From a virus, in the IMG/VR virus record IMGVR_UViG_3300032267_001142, positions 1 to 64,000 of that record: a stretch of 64,000 nt of DNA; one strand, written 5' to 3'. Position 1 is the stretch's first letter. The number at the start of each line of letters is the position of its first letter. The translations under genes were made by a program, and so were the position numbers. Below are positions 30,399 to 40,213 of this stretch, in pieces. A model generated the notes under the pieces. That model was not told the DNA's origin. It was given only the letters and a program-made list of their open reading frames with translations, and did not search any database.

Positions 30399-31844
30399 AT
30401 GACTAAGACTTCTTTCTCTTTCAGGTCGGCATGCACGGTCGCCACTCAAGAACTATTCAGTGAAGTAGCTATAGCTATAATCAGTCTCACTATACTTTAT
30501 CCAAAGCTTCCAATTATTATCATTGTACCTTTAGGACAGGCGAGACTACTTGACGCGTCAATACGAAAAAACCGCAATGTAAAGATTATAGAAAGAGACT
30601 TCTCTCCTTCGCCAGAATACAAAAAACACAATAACTATCATCAAATATCTCCAATTCTCATGAAGATGGAAGCGATGAAGGTGGGTATTGATACTTACGG
30701 AGACTGCTTGTTTTTCGATGCCGACCTAACGTTCTTCGAGAAGATTGACGGCCCAGAAGATTGCGAGTTAGCTCTGTCCCTGAACCTACCCCAAGAGAAT
30801 CAAGACGGTAACGGAATGAAATACGGATTCTATAACGCGGGACTGATTTGGAGTAATAATCCGACCTTTCCTAATTGGTGGAAAGAGAAGACTCTTGAAT
30901 CTAAGGGCTTTTACGAACAGGGCTGTCTAAATATGACAGGTTCGACTTTCAGATGCGGCTTCTTCGACTTGAAGCATAATCACGGATTCTGGAGGGGCTC
31001 TATTGGAGGAAGGACAGTGAAGTCCCTGCATCTTCATCTCTCGAAAGCTCTCGACGTAGGAATGCCGAAAAATATGGTAAATAAGGTCAGAGAGGTCAGA
31101 AAAGAGGCTTGGCAATCACTATTCCCTAACACTGACCCTAGGTTAGTTTCTGAGTCAAGACGCCTTTTGGGCTTACCTCAGAAGCTATGGTTCGTTCATT
31201 ACGGCAAAGCTGCCGGAATCTATACCAACAAAATACTCAAAAACCAAGTTCTAAAGAAATACGAAATATTCGATTCTTGGGACAAGAAGCTTGGGCGAGA
31301 CTGGACTAAAGCTGAGCTGCAAGAAATTATCTTAACGGCGAAAGGGCCTACCTTTCTTCACCAGCACCACATAAATATATCAAAAGAGGAGATGTCGCTC
31401 GCCAAGAAGAACGGCTGGACGACCTTTTCTTTTCTTAGAAACCCCGCTGACATACTTTGTTCGTTGTATCACTGGAATAACGACCGTGCGGCTTCGGGCT
31501 TAGCGAAAAGCGAGGGACTAAACGCTCTTACCTCGTTGCCTTTCAGGGACTACTGGATGGAGATGCTAAAACCAGCGAACTTACATCTATGGACGGTTCC
31601 AGACTACTATGATGATATAGATTACGTCTGTGAATTCTCAGAAGACGCATTGGCTGGCCTGATATATCACCTGTTCGGCTTCGTTCATACCAAAAGTGAA
31701 CCAAAAAATGTAAGTTCAAGCAAGGGGCTTCAGGGAATGATAGCTAGCGATGAAATTGACGAGGAGATGCTGGCGGCGATATACGGACACTCTGAATATG
31801 AAAGGTTTCTGGCCTTCAGGTCTCGTAACGTTTTTACTTTTTAG
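30399..31844 (+). CDS. Glycosyltransferase (GT-A) fused to a sulfotransferase-like domain
   Basis: N-half LFFDADL (DxD), YNAGLIW, YEQGCLN. C-half FVHYGKAAG and TFSFLRNPADILCSLY are Sulfotransfer_2-type PAPS motifs. Confidence 0.7.
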   Translation: MTKTSFSFRSACTVATQELFSEVAIAIISLTILYPKLPIIIIVPLGQARLLDASIRKNRNVKIIERDFSPSPEYKKHNNYHQISPILMKMEAMKVGIDTYGDCLFFDADLTFFEKIDGPEDCELALSLNLPQENQDGNGMKYGFYNAGLIWSNNPTFPNWWKEKTLESKGFYEQGCLNMTGSTFRCGFFDLKHNHGFWRGSIGGRTVKSLHLHLSKALDVGMPKNMVNKVREVRKEAWQSLFPNTDPRLVSESRRLLGLPQKLWFVHYGKAAGIYTNKILKNQVLKKYEIFDSWDKKLGRDWTKAELQEIILTAKGPTFLHQHHINISKEEMSLAKKNGWTTFSFLRNPADILCSLYHWNNDRAASGLAKSEGLNALTSLPFRDYWMEMLKPANLHLWTVPDYYDDIDYVCEFSEDALAGLIYHLFGFVHTKSEPKNVSSSKGLQGMIASDEIDEEMLAAIYGHSEYERFLAFRSRNVFTF

Positions 31845-32133
31845 TCGCATCGTGATTTAGCCTGAATCCGACTTTGTAAAGGAAAGAAGATAGGTCGTTA
31901 GCGACGTCAACTACCGTCTCTTCACTCAAAAACCAAAGGCAGGCATGCAGACCTTCGTGTAAGCAGGTATCCAAGAACTCCTGCTCCTTGGCTTGGGGAT
32001 TAATGGTCATCTCTGGAGCTTTCTCTTCTGGACTGTCACATAACCCATCGCATCCTCTCGGTTTAGCCCACCTAAGTTTATACTTCTTCTTGTTGAAGGT
32101 GTGGGTTTTAACTTTAGGAATCAATCTCTTCAT
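31834..32133 (-). CDS. Small HExxH metallopeptidase-like protein
   Basis: GLCD...MTINP...LDTCLHEGLHA....EE.V. Confidence 0.65.
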   Translation of the reverse strand: MKRLIPKVKTHTFNKKKYKLRWAKPRGCDGLCDSPEEKAPEMTINPQAKEQEFLDTCLHEGLHACLWFLSEETVVDVANDLSSFLYKVGFRLNHDATKK

Positions 32134-32167
32134 GGGTTGAAGTTCTGAGGTTTTTCTTTATAATTAA

Positions 32168-32566
32168 GTGAATATGAATACTGAAAAATTTAGTGCGGCG
32201 GTAGCCTTCTTGATGCTCGCGTGGTTTTACACTACTGTCTTAATAGACTACGCCAAACTTTTCAAAATTGAAAATGTTTTCAAAAATAAGGAATGGGAAG
32301 CCTTCGTAATGCGGCAAAAGTTACCGCAAGACATCAAATACCCGCTCTTTTTGCGAGAAGTCTTTCCGTGCTGGTTAACTAAGCTTCTCGGATGCCCGAT
32401 ATGCCTGTCTGGGTTCTCGCATGGCTTGTCAGCGCTCCTTTCTATAATTTGCGGCGCTAATGCTTACTGTAGTTTGGTGGATGCTTTTTATGGCGCGTGG
32501 CTAACGATAATTTTGTTTTTTATTTCGGAACTCCTATTGAAAAAAGTGTATTACGAAGGAAAATAG
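32168..32566 (+). CDS. Membrane protein with a CPxC motif (DUF1360-like)
   Basis: Three hydrophobic segments; KLLGCPICLS. Confidence 0.55.
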   Translation: MNMNTEKFSAAVAFLMLAWFYTTVLIDYAKLFKIENVFKNKEWEAFVMRQKLPQDIKYPLFLREVFPCWLTKLLGCPICLSGFSHGLSALLSIICGANAYCSLVDAFYGAWLTIILFFISELLLKKVYYEGK

Positions 32567-32590
32567 TGTAAACACAAACTGAACATAAAA

Positions 32591-33013
32591 ATGCCTGTAA
32601 TATACTGCTCATCTTGCGGTTCGCCTAATAAATACGATTTCTCGAAACCGGAGAAATGTTCTGAATGTCACGGAGACGTGTCATCTTTCGTTACGACCTC
32701 GCCAAAGAAATACACTGAAGCTAGCGCCGTCGCTCCCGTAAGAAAAGTTCAGCCCAAACTGCCGCGTTATCATAATGACGATGAACCATTGGACGACGAA
32801 TTAGATTTCGTAGATTTCTCTTCCATAAAGAAACTTGAAGTAAAAATCAACATTCCAGAGCGGGAAATCGTTAAGGCTAGCGACGTCGTTGGGACAGGCC
32901 CTTCTGGCTTCCAGTCAGAAAAGAAGAGGAAGAGAAGCAGTAATAAAGTCCTAGAAGATTTTCGCGAAAAGATATCCGGCAGAACGGTGATTGACATTGG
33001 CGAAGATGAGTAA
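32591..33013 (+). CDS. Zinc-ribbon protein with an acidic C-terminal region
   Basis: YCSSCG...KCSECH at the N-terminus; coupled to the sigma gene. Confidence 0.7.
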   Translation: MPVIYCSSCGSPNKYDFSKPEKCSECHGDVSSFVTTSPKKYTEASAVAPVRKVQPKLPRYHNDDEPLDDELDFVDFSSIKKLEVKINIPEREIVKASDVVGTGPSGFQSEKKRKRSSNKVLEDFREKISGRTVIDIGEDE

Positions 33014-33719
33014 TTCAACCGAAGAAGTTGCTATTTTGACTAATACACGAACATTCGAGGAGTGCTATCCAGAGATAGAGGCGATTATCGAAAAGAAGAG
33101 GGGAAGTTGGACGTATAAAGCCGACTTAATGATGGACTTTGATGATGTAAAGATGCAAATTATCGCCCACATCAACGCTCAGTGGCCAAAATATGACCAA
33201 GCGAGACATTTGGGTGGGTGGGTGAGCACTATCTTCAAGAGAAAGTTCATTAACTTATTGCGCGACCTTTATATGTCGACAAGCTCTCCGTGCAATCGTT
33301 GCGCGTGTAATCTTGGCAATTCCATTTGCTCTATGTATGGCGAGCAAGGGGTCGAGTGCCCGTTATACGCGAAATGGAGCAAGAGTAAAAGACACTCTCA
33401 CGAAGTGAGGATGCCACTTCCTTTAGAAAACCATATTCAGGAAGTCTGCGCCATTCCTCAAGAATCCCTCGATTTAGATAGGGCGGCAGAAGGCTTACAC
33501 GCGAAGATTAAAGAGAAGCTCACCCAAAGCGAGTGGGAGGTTTATAGGCGTTTGTATATCGAAGGTCAGGATGAAGCCAAAATAGCTGAAGAATTAGGAT
33601 TCAAGACTACAGAATCAGGGCGCAAAAGGGGATACAAGAGGATACTTCAAGTCAAGGCGCTGGCGTATAAACACGGTTCCGAAATACTTAAGAACGACGG
33701 AATAGAAGGTCTTTATTAG
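33006..33719 (+). CDS. Phage-encoded sigma70-family (ECF-like) RNA polymerase sigma factor
   Basis: Region 2-like DFDDVKMQI..HI...WPKYDQ...L.GWV.TI......NLLRD; Cys-rich insert; region 4-like LTQSEWEVYRRLYIEG..EAKIAEELGF. Confidence 0.75.
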   Translation: MSNSTEEVAILTNTRTFEECYPEIEAIIEKKRGSWTYKADLMMDFDDVKMQIIAHINAQWPKYDQARHLGGWVSTIFKRKFINLLRDLYMSTSSPCNRCACNLGNSICSMYGEQGVECPLYAKWSKSKRHSHEVRMPLPLENHIQEVCAIPQESLDLDRAAEGLHAKIKEKLTQSEWEVYRRLYIEGQDEAKIAEELGFKTTESGRKRGYKRILQVKALAYKHGSEILKNDGIEGLY

Positions 33720-33724
33720 AATTC

Positions 33725-34867
33725 ATGGCTGGAGAACCTTTCGATTTTGAAGTAGACCCTTTCGCGGACGACTCTCTTCCTGCTGTATCTATATCAACCG
33801 GCCCATACGAGTTGACCGATGACGAAAAGAAGAAAGCTTTAGACGCCTGGAACTCCGGAAAGAGCAAGCTCAAAGATATCATAGTTGCATCAGTCGGCCC
33901 GAACTACGACGGACGTAGTCGTCAAGGATTAGCCGTAAAATCTTATCTCGCCTCCCTCAAAATCTCTCCTACGCCAGCTCAGGAATACCAGAGGAAGACT
34001 GATGATATGGAGCTTACGGAGGCTCACAAAGAGTATATCCGCAATCATGCCGCTACCAACACGGCGTTGGCCCTAGCTAGAGAAATTTACAACGACCCTT
34101 CACTACAGCACCTTTCTGCTAAAGCCCGCGTAGTGAACACTTTCTACAACTCTCTGGACCCATCATTGAGGATGAAGAGTAATGTAGTCGAAAACCCTGA
34201 CTACAACCCTCCTAGGAGCGTCGAACAGACCGTCTACCGCATAAACAAATATGTGCTAGACGCTATTGACCCGAAGAACCTTTCCGAAAAAAATAAAGCG
34301 TGCATTACCGCACTGACTAGGTATATGCACGTTCACCAATACCTTTTCAGCATTAGGGAATACACGGACAAAACTGAAAGAGAGCTTTTTGAATCCGCAT
34401 ACGTCCGCTTCTGTTACGACAAGCCCGATTTAAGCGAGGAAGAGATAACCCTTTATCTAAACCTTTGTTCCGATATCGTCAATCTGAAAAGGCTTCAGAA
34501 AGACCTCACGGGACTCATCGCGGTTCGAGACGAAGTGCTAGATGAGACGAAAAAGATGCCGATGCCAATAGTGGAGGCTATTGGAAAGACGTATAAAGAA
34601 ATCGACGACAACCAGAAACGGCAAAAGGTCATCTCTGATACCTTGAGCGGTAAGCGCTCTGAGAGAATGGCAAAGAGAAAGCAAGAGACCGCTAGCGTTT
34701 TGCAGTTAGTAGAGATGTGGAAAAACGAAGAGCACCGCTTACAGCTAATAAAGCTTGCGGAGGCTAGAAAAAACAAAATCAAAGATGAGGTCCAGCGTCT
34801 AGAGACGATGGAAGACTTGAGATTCCAGCTTTGGGGAATCGGAAAAGAAGAGCTACTGAACTACTAA
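33725..34867 (+). CDS. Coiled-coil protein directly upstream of TerL (positional small-terminase candidate)
   Basis: 380 aa, helical C-half, 1 nt from the TerL start. Function inferred from position only. Confidence 0.45.
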   Translation: MAGEPFDFEVDPFADDSLPAVSISTGPYELTDDEKKKALDAWNSGKSKLKDIIVASVGPNYDGRSRQGLAVKSYLASLKISPTPAQEYQRKTDDMELTEAHKEYIRNHAATNTALALAREIYNDPSLQHLSAKARVVNTFYNSLDPSLRMKSNVVENPDYNPPRSVEQTVYRINKYVLDAIDPKNLSEKNKACITALTRYMHVHQYLFSIREYTDKTERELFESAYVRFCYDKPDLSEEEITLYLNLCSDIVNLKRLQKDLTGLIAVRDEVLDETKKMPMPIVEAIGKTYKEIDDNQKRQKVISDTLSGKRSERMAKRKQETASVLQLVEMWKNEEHRLQLIKLAEARKNKIKDEVQRLETMEDLRFQLWGIGKEELLNY

Positions 34868-34868
34868 T

Positions 34869-36746
34869 ATGGCTTGGGAAGAGGGAGCACAACAAAAACT
34901 AATCGCACCGATTTCTGACTATAATCAGGTCGCTAAGCTTCTTAAAGGTAACTTGGACGATAAAAAGGCCAAGATAACTCTAGCTACCTTTCTGAGGAGA
35001 AATCTAGGCTTCACATTCGAGTTGATGTCAGGGATGAGACTTCTTCCTCAACAGGAGATTGTTCTCAAGTCCCTGTTTATGAGGGACAACGGATTAGTCG
35101 TCGCGGGTCGAGGTTACGGTAAATCTACGTTGATTGCGATGTTTTGCACTCTTTTCCCGATATTCTGTCAACGAGCAAAAATCTGCTTAATTTCGGCGAA
35201 CTTTCGAGGCGCTCGACGAATCTTCGACGAAGCCGAAAAGATGGTAAAAGGAGAAAAGGCACACTTACTAAGGGAGTGTTTCTCGTCGGAGCCTAGCAAA
35301 AAGAACGACATCATGTCTTGGAAACTAGACAACGGCTCCGATATTTTCGCTCTACCGCTTTCTTCTGGGGATGGTCTCCGAGGAACTAGAGCGTCTGTCG
35401 TGTTCGTTGACGAAGGATTGTTGATTAGCGAGGAGATTCAGAAGAAGATTATCAGACCCTTCTTGACCGCTCGCCAGAACTATCTCGAAGAGGTGGAAAC
35501 GAAAGAAGCGGAGGATGAGCTAATTAAAGCTGGGCTCCTTACTGAATCTGATAGAGTTTCATTTCCGAAGAACAAATATCTGATATGCAGCTCCGCAAGC
35601 TACGACTTTGACTATCTGTATAGCATCTACAGGGACTATATCAACAACATAATGCAGCCACCCGAGATAACAGAGCGAGGCGAAAGCCCTCCTACTTATT
35701 TCGTAGTTAGGTCATCTTATGAATCTCTACCTGATGACTCTTTCATCGACCACGCCGCCATTGAATCGGCAAAAGCCAATGGTGGAGAGGACAGCGACTA
35801 TTTCAAACGAGAATACAGAGCGATGTTCTCTAATGGCGGAGACAGCTTCTTCAACCCGAAGAACATGAAAGAATGCACGGTTCTTGACGGTAGTGAGCCG
35901 ACGGTTTTGTTAAGAGGGAAATCTAACGAGTCCTACGGTCTGGCAATCGACCCCTCCTATTCTGAATCTAAATCTTCCGACTTTTTCGCTATTGGCGTAT
36001 ACGCAATACACGCAGAAAATAAGTCGATGACGCTAGTGCATTCTTACGGCGTTGCGGGACGCAATCTGAGCGAGCACTACAAGTATCTCTTGTATCTGCT
36101 CACTCACTTTAACATAGAATGGATTACTATTGACGCGTCCGGTTCCGAATTTATAGACTCGTTCAATCAATCTTCGATAGCGCAAGAGGCGGGAATAAAG
36201 CTGTCGTTCCTGACTGCGGAACTCCACAAGGAAGACCCTAAAGACTACCAAGAGCAGCTAAGAAAGTTCAAAAGCGAATACAATGTCCAAGCTCGCCGAT
36301 ACGTTTATCGACAGCCGTTCTCCAGCCCGACGATTCGTATGATGAACGAACGCCTACAAGCCGGAATTGGAGAAAAGAAGGTTTGGTGGGCGTCGAGACT
36401 TAATATGGACGAGTCCGCATTCCAGCGGGCAATATCTCATCCGCCTTCGTATTTTCCTCCTGACGCCTCCGGTAAAGACATTTCGATATCGGAATTCATT
36501 GACATGCAGGATGACTGGCAAAATGAGACCAAGAAGCAGCTTTCTTTGATTGAGGTTAGCTCGACTGCTAATGGCCATATGCAGTTTGACCTGCCCAACC
36601 ATATTCGCAAAAGTAAGTCAACTACTAAACCGAGACGAGATAATTATACTTGTATGCTTATGGCTTACATGATGATTAAACACTATACGGACATGCTAAA
36701 CCTAAAAGAAGTTAATTCGTCGGGCTTCGTGCCGTTCGCTATCTAA
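34869..36746 (+). CDS. terL: Terminase large subunit
   Basis: Q-motif LLPQQE, Walker A AGRGYGKST, LRGTRA, Walker B VFVDEG, RNase H-like LAIDPS and RRDNY. Confidence 0.92.
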   Translation: MAWEEGAQQKLIAPISDYNQVAKLLKGNLDDKKAKITLATFLRRNLGFTFELMSGMRLLPQQEIVLKSLFMRDNGLVVAGRGYGKSTLIAMFCTLFPIFCQRAKICLISANFRGARRIFDEAEKMVKGEKAHLLRECFSSEPSKKNDIMSWKLDNGSDIFALPLSSGDGLRGTRASVVFVDEGLLISEEIQKKIIRPFLTARQNYLEEVETKEAEDELIKAGLLTESDRVSFPKNKYLICSSASYDFDYLYSIYRDYINNIMQPPEITERGESPPTYFVVRSSYESLPDDSFIDHAAIESAKANGGEDSDYFKREYRAMFSNGGDSFFNPKNMKECTVLDGSEPTVLLRGKSNESYGLAIDPSYSESKSSDFFAIGVYAIHAENKSMTLVHSYGVAGRNLSEHYKYLLYLLTHFNIEWITIDASGSEFIDSFNQSSIAQEAGIKLSFLTAELHKEDPKDYQEQLRKFKSEYNVQARRYVYRQPFSSPTIRMMNERLQAGIGEKKVWWASRLNMDESAFQRAISHPPSYFPPDASGKDISISEFIDMQDDWQNETKKQLSLIEVSSTANGHMQFDLPNHIRKSKSTTKPRRDNYTCMLMAYMMIKHYTDMLNLKEVNSSGFVPFAI

Positions 36747-36753
36747 AGTCATC

Positions 36754-37671
36754 ATGAAATGTAAAATCTGCGGCGAAGAATTCGTCGAACCTTCTAAATT
36801 CCATCGGCATTTACCGTCCAAGCACAAAACGACGATGGAGAAGTATTACCATCAGTATCATCCGCGCCATGACCTACTGACTGGTGACCCGATTCTTTTC
36901 AAGAGTTACGATTGGTACTTCTCTTCGTTATTCAATAGTCGCTCGAACATGATTACTTTTTTCAAAAGTCATCCGAACCGTAAGGAAGAAATTTGCGCTA
37001 GGTTGATTAAGTTAGCCAAGAAAAGAAAGCAGCTCACGACCGCTCCTGATACGGTATACTCTAGGACTTCGATGCTCTTGACTCCAGCCCAGATAGCCAA
37101 AATCGGTTTGGATTACTCCTCCTTATGCGCCGCCGAAGATTTGAAGCTGACTCGTGATTACTCTATCCGCAGTATCGCAGGAAAGATTCCGGAAGATTTT
37201 GAGATAACGGTAGATACCAGAGAGCAGAAGCCTTTGGCATTCAGTGGTTTCCGATTAGTCGCTGATAAGCTCGACTTTGGAGATTACGCCTCAATTTCTC
37301 ATTTCAAGAGAGTCTTTGTAGAGAGGAAGAGCCTATCAGATTTATGCGGGACTCTTTCTGGAGGGTTTGAGCGTTTCCAAAACGAAATAAAAAGAGCGGC
37401 GGAGATGTCTTGCAATTTGGTCGTCGTGTGCGAATCTCCTATAGAGGATTTAGTCAATCTTTCTAGTTCTGTGAAGTTTACAAAAGCCTCTTCGGAGTTC
37501 ATATGTCACCGTGTTAGAGAGCTATTAAGCGCGTTTAATAACCTACAGTTCTTATTTTTGAAAAGCCGTCAAGACATGGAGATTATAGTGCCTAAGCTGC
37601 TTTATGCCGATTTCGATTTCTTCAAAGCCGACCTTCAGTATATTTATGATTGTGGCGGACTGCAAGCCTAA
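36754..37671 (+). CDS. C2H2 zinc finger + ERCC4/XPF-family nuclease
   Basis: CKICG...HRHL..KH; VDTREQKP, LDFGDY, VERKSLSDL, GFERFQNEI.RA. Confidence 0.85.
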   Translation: MKCKICGEEFVEPSKFHRHLPSKHKTTMEKYYHQYHPRHDLLTGDPILFKSYDWYFSSLFNSRSNMITFFKSHPNRKEEICARLIKLAKKRKQLTTAPDTVYSRTSMLLTPAQIAKIGLDYSSLCAAEDLKLTRDYSIRSIAGKIPEDFEITVDTREQKPLAFSGFRLVADKLDFGDYASISHFKRVFVERKSLSDLCGTLSGGFERFQNEIKRAAEMSCNLVVVCESPIEDLVNLSSSVKFTKASSEFICHRVRELLSAFNNLQFLFLKSRQDMEIIVPKLLYADFDFFKADLQYIYDCGGLQA

Positions 37672-37697
37672 GTTCAGTGTAAATAGCTAACGGTATC

Positions 37698-39635
37698 ATG
37701 TCAAAAGTCAAGAAATCCATCAAAAAACAAACAGCCGCATCTATCGGAAGCAATATCACGCTGAAAGATTTGGCGGATGATGGCGGAAGAGGTATGATTT
37801 TCGCAGACACCGAAAAGCCGATGAGGGTTTCCGCTTCTCGTTCTGTAGCTAAGTCGCGGGTCAACAAGTGGTTACAATCCGAAAACGACTCTCTTTATCC
37901 GAATATCCGCACATTAGTTGACCCTATTTCTTCCAACGGAGGAGACTCCGTAGATGCTAGGGACGCTATCATGCTATGCCAGAAAGCGTATCGAGGCTTT
38001 CCGTTACTCAGGAACATTATCGACGTGATGACGGAGCTTTGCAACAGCCGACTTTTCTTAAAAGGGGGCAATAAAAGCACCAGAGATTACATCATGGGAT
38101 GGTGGGATACTATCAATATTTGGCAGTTGCGAGAGCAATTTTTCCGCGAATTTTTCCGTTCGGGCAATGTTTTCATTTACAGGCTAGAGGGGCAGTTTAA
38201 GCGTAGCGACCAACTAAAGCTAGCTCAGTCTTTCGGCTCGGTTCGAGATGACGCCAAAGTCCCTGTAAAATACATGATATTAGACCCTAAAGAAATCAAA
38301 ATTGACTCAAACGTCTCGCTTCAGGAGCCGATATACCAAAAGATTCTAAACTCTTTTGAACTGTCCAGAATCATCAAGCCCCAGACTCCCGACGACAAAG
38401 CGATAAGAGACTCCTTGAGTCCCGAATCTCTAAGGGCACTAAGAGATAACGTCTCTTCTTCGATGCCGCTGGACCCCAAGTCTATCGTCGCTGTCTTCTA
38501 TAAAAAACAGCCATACGAAGCTTTTGCTGTTCCTTTTGCGTTTCCTGTCTTAAGGGATATCGACGCTAAGCTTGAGTTGAAGTCGATTGATATGCGCGTA
38601 GCTAGGCAGCTAGAGCGAGCGTTCCTTCTCATTACTGCTGGAGCCAAGATAGAAGATGGAGGCGTCAGCGCCGCAACGATGCAGGCGCTACAAAATCTTT
38701 TCGCAAACGAGTCTCTAGTAAGGACTTTGGTGGCCGATTACACCGTAAAAGCTGAATGGCTGATTCCTGATGTTAACAAAGTCCTTGGCACCGCAAAATA
38801 TGAGCAGCTAGATAAGGATATCGCCGCTGGATTGAACGCCATACTGTTCTCCCAATCCGAAGCTTTCGCGAACACTAGCATCAAAGTGCAGGTCTTTATT
38901 GAGCGGCTAAAGGAAGCTAGGCAGGCTTTCTTGACCAGCTTTTTGATTCCTGAAATAAAGAGGCTCTGCATTGCTATTAACGCAAAATCATGTCCCGAGC
39001 CCCTATTCGAGGAATTGAATCTAAAGGACGAACTGCAATACTGCAAGATGTTCACTACTCTGGCTCAGTTTGGCCTTCTCACTCCAAAGGAGCTTTTTGA
39101 GGCTATCGACGGTGGAAAGCTTCCTAATCCAGAAGAAAGCCTTGCTAACCAAGAGGAGTTCCTCGGTCAGAAGGAGCGCGGATTCTACGCGCCGTTAGTG
39201 ATGTCTGGCAATTCCGATAATACAGATAAAGGAGGTAGACCTCAAGGCTCCAAAGCTCCTCAATCTACAAAAGAGATTACTCCTATCGGCCAATCTAACG
39301 CTTCTATCGGTTTTGGCGTCAAGGCTTTTGCGGAAAACTTGGAGAAACTAAATGACCTTCATCAAACCGTGGCGACAGAACTAAGAAAGACCTTCAAAGT
39401 CAGAAAGTTCAACGATATTCAAAATAGAGCCTGTAAGAGTCTTACGGAGGTCATCGTAGCCAACGAACCTGTTGAAAATTGGCATACCTCTATAGCTAAC
39501 TATATAGGCTCCGACAAAGTTGCTCCCGACGAGTTCGAGAAAGAAGTTGATTCAATAATCGGAGAATACGGAGTGGATAAACTAACGGCTATCGCCCTCA
39601 AACTCTCGAAAACGACTATTCCAGATGGACAATAG
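37698..39635 (+). CDS. Portal protein
   Basis: 645 aa after TerL; RNIID.M.E..N, REFFRSGNVFIY, KQPYE.FA.P, LTP.ELFE and a low-complexity C-terminus fit the portal pattern. Confidence 0.8.
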   Translation: MSKVKKSIKKQTAASIGSNITLKDLADDGGRGMIFADTEKPMRVSASRSVAKSRVNKWLQSENDSLYPNIRTLVDPISSNGGDSVDARDAIMLCQKAYRGFPLLRNIIDVMTELCNSRLFLKGGNKSTRDYIMGWWDTINIWQLREQFFREFFRSGNVFIYRLEGQFKRSDQLKLAQSFGSVRDDAKVPVKYMILDPKEIKIDSNVSLQEPIYQKILNSFELSRIIKPQTPDDKAIRDSLSPESLRALRDNVSSSMPLDPKSIVAVFYKKQPYEAFAVPFAFPVLRDIDAKLELKSIDMRVARQLERAFLLITAGAKIEDGGVSAATMQALQNLFANESLVRTLVADYTVKAEWLIPDVNKVLGTAKYEQLDKDIAAGLNAILFSQSEAFANTSIKVQVFIERLKEARQAFLTSFLIPEIKRLCIAINAKSCPEPLFEELNLKDELQYCKMFTTLAQFGLLTPKELFEAIDGGKLPNPEESLANQEEFLGQKERGFYAPLVMSGNSDNTDKGGRPQGSKAPQSTKEITPIGQSNASIGFGVKAFAENLEKLNDLHQTVATELRKTFKVRKFNDIQNRACKSLTEVIVANEPVENWHTSIANYIGSDKVAPDEFEKEVDSIIGEYGVDKLTAIALKLSKTTIPDGQ

Positions 39636-39963
39636 AATTCGACTATCTCAAATATATCTTCCCGAGCTTTATGATTATCTGCAAAAACAGTTTGCGGTGT
39701 TCAGTAACGCGAGCGGCAGCAGTGGGTATATCCAAAGCTTCAATAGAACTCTCAATTCGGGAGTATCATCTCAGCGTATAACGCTTCCAACGCCGTATTC
39801 TGGCAGTTTACCGGTAGTTACGACTACCCTCGTTCATCCTTCCGGTTCGCCGATTATAGCTCACGGCATTGATGTAAAGACTGGATATTTTGATATTTTC
39901 TTAACTGCGGCTATTCCTTCGAGCGGTTACAGCGTAAATGTTTTAGTCGGGACTCGTATGTAG
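39625..39963 (+). CDS. Small virion protein, lectin-like beta domain (paralog of 29108..29476)
   Basis: IQSF...L.SG...PVV.TT.V...I.AH...GYF...AAIPSSGYSVNV. Confidence 0.6.
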   Translation: MDNRIRLSQIYLPELYDYLQKQFAVFSNASGSSGYIQSFNRTLNSGVSSQRITLPTPYSGSLPVVTTTLVHPSGSPIIAHGIDVKTGYFDIFLTAAIPSSGYSVNVLVGTRM

Positions 39964-39976
39964 TGTAAATAAAATA

Positions 39977-40213
39977 GTGAGAGTCGCGTTTTTTACATTT
40001 TTAGTTTGTCTGAGTTTCTCCGGCTGTGCTACGCGTGACACCGGAGCTGGTCAGAAATTAGTCAATGAGCAGGTGAGCTATAACGCTTATGCCGTTGATG
40101 ATAGCATTCGGTTGGGCAGATTTGACTTGGCTAAAAAATACAGCGGTCAAACAGTTAGACTTATAGCTCCTCCAGAAAAACGGGCTGTCATTAGGGCTAT
40201 TTATGAAGATTAG
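39977..40213 (+). CDS. Lipoprotein (o-spanin candidate)
   Basis: Signal peptide with FSGC lipobox, first gene of the lysis cluster. Confidence 0.55.
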   Translation: MRVAFFTFLVCLSFSGCATRDTGAGQKLVNEQVSYNAYAVDDSIRLGRFDLAKKYSGQTVRLIAPPEKRAVIRAIYED

